Shown: positions 16,801 through 20,000 of the stretch, piece by piece | Layout: every line of letters begins with the position of its first letter | Position numbering within the stretch: position 1 is the stretch's first letter | From: an uncultured virus (IMG/VR IMGVR_UViG_3300006920_000039) | Taxonomy: Duplodnaviria; Heunggongvirae; Uroviricota; Caudoviricetes; Schitoviridae | DNA: 20,000 nucleotides | Virus record (IMG/VR): IMGVR_UViG_3300006920_000039 | Strand: one strand, 5' to 3' | Position numbers and translations under genes: made by a program | Notes under the pieces: model-generated | What the model saw: the letters and a program-made list of their open reading frames with translations, nothing else | Told to the model about the DNA's origin: nothing | The model's database searches: none

Positions 16801-19485
16801 CTCTTTTCCCAGCAAGATGACTACGGAGCGCTCATTGCTCCGCTGGGTCAGATGGACCGAGATGGTGGAGTTTCAGCAACCTACAGCTTCGTCCTACGCG
16901 CAGCTGGGGACATTCGTTACGCTCCTTTCTCGCACACCCACACAATCTCTAACACCACGGGGCTGCAGACTGCTCTCGATGGGAAAGCCCTGAGCTCACA
17001 CACACATCCGCAGTCTGACGTTACCGATCTGGTAGCAGACCTGGCTGGAAAAGCGGCCGTCGGTCATGGGCACGTTATTGGGGATACCACAGGATTGCAG
17101 ACTGCCTTGGATGACAAAGCTAACCGTGCGTCGTCCGGCTATGTTTATATTTTTGTTGACGGCACCCTTGGTGTTGCTAACCCGGCTGATCCTGAAGGCA
17201 ATAACGATCCATTTGATACAATTGCAAACGCACTTTTATATGTAGAAACAACATATTCTGGCGTTGGGATGCTTGAGCTCGAAGTAGCAGCTGGAACTTA
17301 CAACCATGTCGGTGATCTCGAACCACACTCAAATACACAATACCTAACAATTTACGGGGCTGGTATAGGTACTACAATTTTGAACTTTGACAGGTGTAAC
17401 AGTTCAAATACACAATACTTCCAGTTCTATAATATGACTATTAACTCCGGTCTCACTGGCCTTGCTGTCGCTGGAAACAGCAACGGCGGCAACATTTACA
17501 TTGATACAGTTACTTGGAATACAACAGGCCGATTCTTCATTGGTGGTTCACCTGACCCGTATTGGGGATTGCCGGGATCATGTATTCAAAACTCAACAAT
17601 CATTGCTACATGGGATAGTGCCCTAACACGTCCATTGATCGCGCTCGCTGGAAATATCCAGTTTATAGGTAATGTGAACATTTCCATTACTAACTCAGTT
17701 ACTAATAACGGAACAAACGGGGACGATATCCTCAGTGTTGAAAACGGCAGTGTGTCCGCATTGGACAACGCAACTATTAACATACAAGATGAACTCGCCA
17801 GCACACCAATCGCAGGTACTATTGATTTAAAGTATGGTGCCAAATATGCCGAAGGCACAGGCGTTACAATTACAAATGGCACATTTCTAAAAACTGACGC
17901 ATCTGGTGTAGTGCAGGGCGATATTAAAGCTGTATATGAAGCTAATGCAGATACAAACGCATTCACAGATGCCGAGCAAACAAAGCTAACTGGCATTGAT
18001 GATGGTGCAAACCTTTATAACCACCCAAGCGATGGTGTAGATCCTGGTGCAGCATTAACAGGCGCAGATGTATATTCTGACATAACAGTGAATGCAGCTG
18101 GGCACGTAACTGGTTCAGCAGTAAGAGCATTGACTGCGGATGACGTTAGCGCACTTGCATTAATTGGTGGCACCATGACAGGTGATCTGATCATGTCTGC
18201 GTGTGACTTTGCTATTGAGGACGCCATACCAATCATCAAGTTCAAAGAAACGGATCAGGTTGAGGCTAGCCAAGGGTCGTACATCACCACGACAGACGGC
18301 TCTGTCACCATCGGCACATATACTGGCCCCGGTTACACAGGGGCTTCTTCGCTTGCCCGGTTTGACAGAGGCGGTGGGTTGACCCAGACTAAAAGTGTGG
18401 TCTCGCGCAGCAATGGCGATTTACGATATGCTCAACTAGGAGCTGCTAACACGTTCACCGAGAACACGACCATCTCTGGTGTGCTGACCAACACTGCTGG
18501 TGTTAACTCGGCTGGCACACGGGAGAGTGCTTCTATTAGGATTGAGAGTTTCAAGCCGACGCTACTCCTTAAAGATAATTCTACCTCAGCAACAGACTTC
18601 TTGATCCAAGGTGACGCTGAAACACTTGGCGTATATCTGATCCCATCAGCTAACGATGACCTAACTGCCGGAGCCATCGCGGCTCGTTTTGACGCTGGGG
18701 GCACGTCTGCTCCTGCCAGCACAACGATCATCACGCGACAGAAGGGGGACGCTCGTTACGCCCTCGCAGGTGCGACTAGCGCAAGCCTTGTGGTTGATTA
18801 CCAAGAGTTCCTGACTTCTGGCACTTGGACAAAACCCGTTTCTGCCGCGAGTGGCGATAAGGTCCTTGTCCATGTGGTCGGCGGCGGTGGTGCTGGAGGG
18901 CAAAGCTCTTTCGGTGGCTCGGGCGGCGGCGGTGGTGGCGGTGCATTTCAACGTTTTGACGAAGTAGATGATCTTCCGGCGAGCGTCTCGCTGGTCGTGG
19001 GCGCAGGTGGCGCAACGGCGGCGGCAAACGGCGGTAACACCACGTTCGGATCATCAGGAACTTTTGAATACCTGATCGGGTACGGTGGGACGGGTGGTCC
19101 AAATGTTGGCAACACAGCTGGTGCAAATGGCGGCCAAGTCGAAGGTCGCGCGAATGGAACTGTACCTGCGGCAGACTTGGGCCAAGGCGGTGGCGATGGC
19201 GGCGCTGGTAACGCGACGTCTGGAACTGGTAAATCGTCCATAGCTGGCGGCGGCGGCGGCGGTGGGTCAACGAACAACAGCAGCGACGCAGGCGGTGGTC
19301 CTTCTATGTATGCGGGAGGAGGCGGTATGGGTGGTGGCACTGGCTCTACGGCAGCGGCTTTGAGAAACGGCATGTTCCCCGGCGGCGGCGGTGGCGGTCG
19401 AGACACAGACTACACGGCATCTTCGCCAGCGGGCGCGGGAACAGGCGGCGACGGAGTTGTTCGCGTTTGGGTCATAAGGGAGTAA
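13837..19485 (+). CDS. Long multi-domain tail fibre (1882 aa)
   Basis: Anchor paralogous to 12467..13834; about 570-aa Ala-rich coil, HxH repeats, beta-helix-like segment, three GDxRYA modules, C-terminal glycine-rich domain (FLTSGTWTKP...VVGGGGAGG...GGDGVVRVW). Confidence 0.9.
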   Translation: MKRSLSVSYNAEGLIEKYVGSRFDAILKIAGNLEGILQTEQVMELSIGTLFYQFEAIGGQTIYTGTDQTGRTMLIPGAGAVAKPIVYVDRELVSPSLYTVSPDGTTVTFSSGHLLGSPVWIATFAYNEDGSMYFADNMQQDAVLQVLADASAAKDAAETAEVDAQTAQAAAEAAQAASETAQTAAELAQAASEAGQLGAEAAVAQIGSDADDADASAIAAAASAASALQAEIDAAASETNTAASETNAAASEGAAQTAQTAAELAETNAEIAQAAAEVAETNALASEVAAQSSEDDAAISQTNAGAAATNASNSEIAAAASETQTGLDRVATNADVVTTNADVLLAAASVAAAGASETAAGLSEIAAAASESASAASESASAASEAAADLSETNAAASEAAAGLSETASAGSEAAALASQSAAAISAAAALVSEGNAAASETAAGISEANAGSSETASGLSETASGLSETAAALSETNAAASETAAGLSETAAGLSETNAAASETAAGLSETAAGLSETAAALSETNAASSETAAGISETAAALSEANASSSETAAGLSQTATGIAQVAAELAETNAEAAEVAAELAETNAFNSQTASAASAAAALISEGNAATSETAAGLSETAAGSSETQTGLDAIATAADVVTTNADVVLVDASEAAALASELAAAISAAAALVSEGNASDSEAAAATSLGNIGTSETNSANSAAAALASEDAAAITLDNFEDRYLGVKSADPTLDNDGDPLVAGTLYFRSPTNPGFYVYTGTVWIAGETGPQGPAGDGVLPGGILGQTLTKLSSTDLDVDWAGPYTLLSAFTGHGHAISDVTSLQTTLDGKALSSHAHIIGDTTGLQTALDGKTDTGHAHIVGDVTGLQGALDAKSDDGHGHVIADTTGLQGALDGKSDTGHGHIIGDTTGLQTALDDKADAADLSLYSTLAGPNTFTGLTTFDEPITDVIKLEGIGPTFQLNETDHTSGSRCTNISMVAGNLILFSQQDDYGALIAPLGQMDRDGGVSATYSFVLRAAGDIRYAPFSHTHTISNTTGLQTALDGKALSSHTHPQSDVTDLVADLAGKAAVGHGHVIGDTTGLQTALDDKANRASSGYVYIFVDGTLGVANPADPEGNNDPFDTIANALLYVETTYSGVGMLELEVAAGTYNHVGDLEPHSNTQYLTIYGAGIGTTILNFDRCNSSNTQYFQFYNMTINSGLTGLAVAGNSNGGNIYIDTVTWNTTGRFFIGGSPDPYWGLPGSCIQNSTIIATWDSALTRPLIALAGNIQFIGNVNISITNSVTNNGTNGDDILSVENGSVSALDNATINIQDELASTPIAGTIDLKYGAKYAEGTGVTITNGTFLKTDASGVVQGDIKAVYEANADTNAFTDAEQTKLTGIDDGANLYNHPSDGVDPGAALTGADVYSDITVNAAGHVTGSAVRALTADDVSALALIGGTMTGDLIMSACDFAIEDAIPIIKFKETDQVEASQGSYITTTDGSVTIGTYTGPGYTGASSLARFDRGGGLTQTKSVVSRSNGDLRYAQLGAANTFTENTTISGVLTNTAGVNSAGTRESASIRIESFKPTLLLKDNSTSATDFLIQGDAETLGVYLIPSANDDLTAGAIAARFDAGGTSAPASTTIITRQKGDARYALAGATSASLVVDYQEFLTSGTWTKPVSAASGDKVLVHVVGGGGAGGQSSFGGSGGGGGGGAFQRFDEVDDLPASVSLVVGAGGATAAANGGNTTFGSSGTFEYLIGYGGTGGPNVGNTAGANGGQVEGRANGTVPAADLGQGGGDGGAGNATSGTGKSSIAGGGGGGGSTNNSSDAGGGPSMYAGGGGMGGGTGSTAAALRNGMFPGGGGGGRDTDYTASSPAGAGTGGDGVVRVWVIRE
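14280..15990 (+). repeat. Degenerate 7-aa (21-bp) heptad repeats encoding a long coiled coil
   Basis: Many SETAAGL / SETNAAA units; synonymous positions are diverged. Confidence 0.85.
16288..16617 (+). repeat. Five 22-aa phage tail repeats HxHxIxDxTGLQxALDxK
   Basis: Visible in the translation; 66-bp period. Confidence 0.9.
16933..17130 (+). repeat. Three further 22-aa HxH phage tail repeats
   Basis: HTHTISNTTGLQTALDGK / HTHPQSDVTDLVADLAGK / HGHVIGDTTGLQTALDDK. Confidence 0.85.
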
Positions 19486-19488
19486 ACC

Positions 19489-19845
19489 ATGTCCAAAATA
19501 AAACTATGTGAAATACGTGACGGCGAAGTCGTAAACATCGCCAACGCAGATGACCAAGATATTCCTCCACACATGGCCTCATGGGTCGTGGGGGATGGTA
19601 ACGCGGTAATAGGCGGTACGTGGGACGGATCATCATTTGGTCCTGTCCCACAGTCCACCATCGATGAGAGGCAAGACAAACTCCTCGAAGAACTCGTTGA
19701 TGGTGTCATGGAGAACCAAGGTGGTATTAAGGCCTTAGCCCTTACCGTATTCGACATCTACGACAGATTGTCAGATGCGGGTATCCCCGGCTTCCCAAAT
19801 CTAACCGACGCCCAGAAGCGGGCCTTCATAAAGAGTAAACTGTAA
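19489..19845 (+). CDS. Small tail-fibre-associated protein (possible chaperone)
   Basis: RBS GGGAG; DGEVVNI...IGGTWDGSSF motif of the kind commonly found after glycine-rich fibre genes. Confidence 0.65.
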   Translation: MSKIKLCEIRDGEVVNIANADDQDIPPHMASWVVGDGNAVIGGTWDGSSFGPVPQSTIDERQDKLLEELVDGVMENQGGIKALALTVFDIYDRLSDAGIPGFPNLTDAQKRAFIKSKL

Positions 19846-20000
19846 TGGTCGCAATCATCCAAAGCATCCTCGGGTTTATCTCGTCGCTATTCGGAGCACG
19901 AAATCCCGAGCCAATAACATCGGCAACGAAGATCGGCAATATTGACCACATCACGAAGTGGGAAGGTTACCGTGGGGAGGCCTACAAGCCCACCAAAGAA
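19845..20000 (+). CDS. GH24 lysozyme/endolysin, 5' part (runs off the window)
   Basis: Not in the ORF track. TAATG overlap; reads MVAIIQSILGFISSLFGARNPEPITSATKIGNIDHITKWEGYRGEAYKPTKE, with an I..WEG.R..AY phage lysozyme motif. Confidence 0.8.
   Translation, partial: MVAIIQSILGFISSLFGARNPEPITSATKIGNIDHITKWEGYRGEAYKPTKE

Noticed and set aside
16288..17130. CRISPR array or DGR template/variable repeat
   Set aside because: The 66-bp periodicity is in-frame protein repeat with synonymous divergence; no unique spacers, no adenine-specific differences, no reverse transcriptase in the window
1..20000. Alternative genetic code or stop-codon readthrough
   Set aside because: Genes tile densely under the standard code and TAA, TAG and TGA all end genes at plausible positions

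Overview
All credible genes are on the + strand. The window looks like the late/packaging end of an N4-like podovirus (Schitoviridae-like); this is judged from recognisable N4 gp69-, gp68 (terminase)- and gp67-like proteins in N4 order. Left part (95-6781): eight uncharacterised, mostly acidic and beta-rich proteins that look like an extra virion appendage module. A strongly structured intergenic region follows (6782-7091). Next is a gp69-like gene, then a four-gene nucleotide-related cassette (HTH-metallophosphoesterase, HD hydrolase, DUF5664-type dNTP diphosphohydrolase, stand-alone RyR-domain protein) whose last three genes overlap in a chain into the large terminase. After the gp67-like adaptor come two paralogous tail fibres (455 and 1882 aa), a small fibre-associated protein, and the start of a GH24 lysozyme. 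The most unusual signals are the nucleotide cassette inside the packaging operon, the candidate structured RNA upstream of it, a TATCTAG motif at the apex of three intergenic hairpins, and a vRNAP-promoter-like C-GGA-G hairpin. Family assignments come from motif recognition by eye; no database searches were run.
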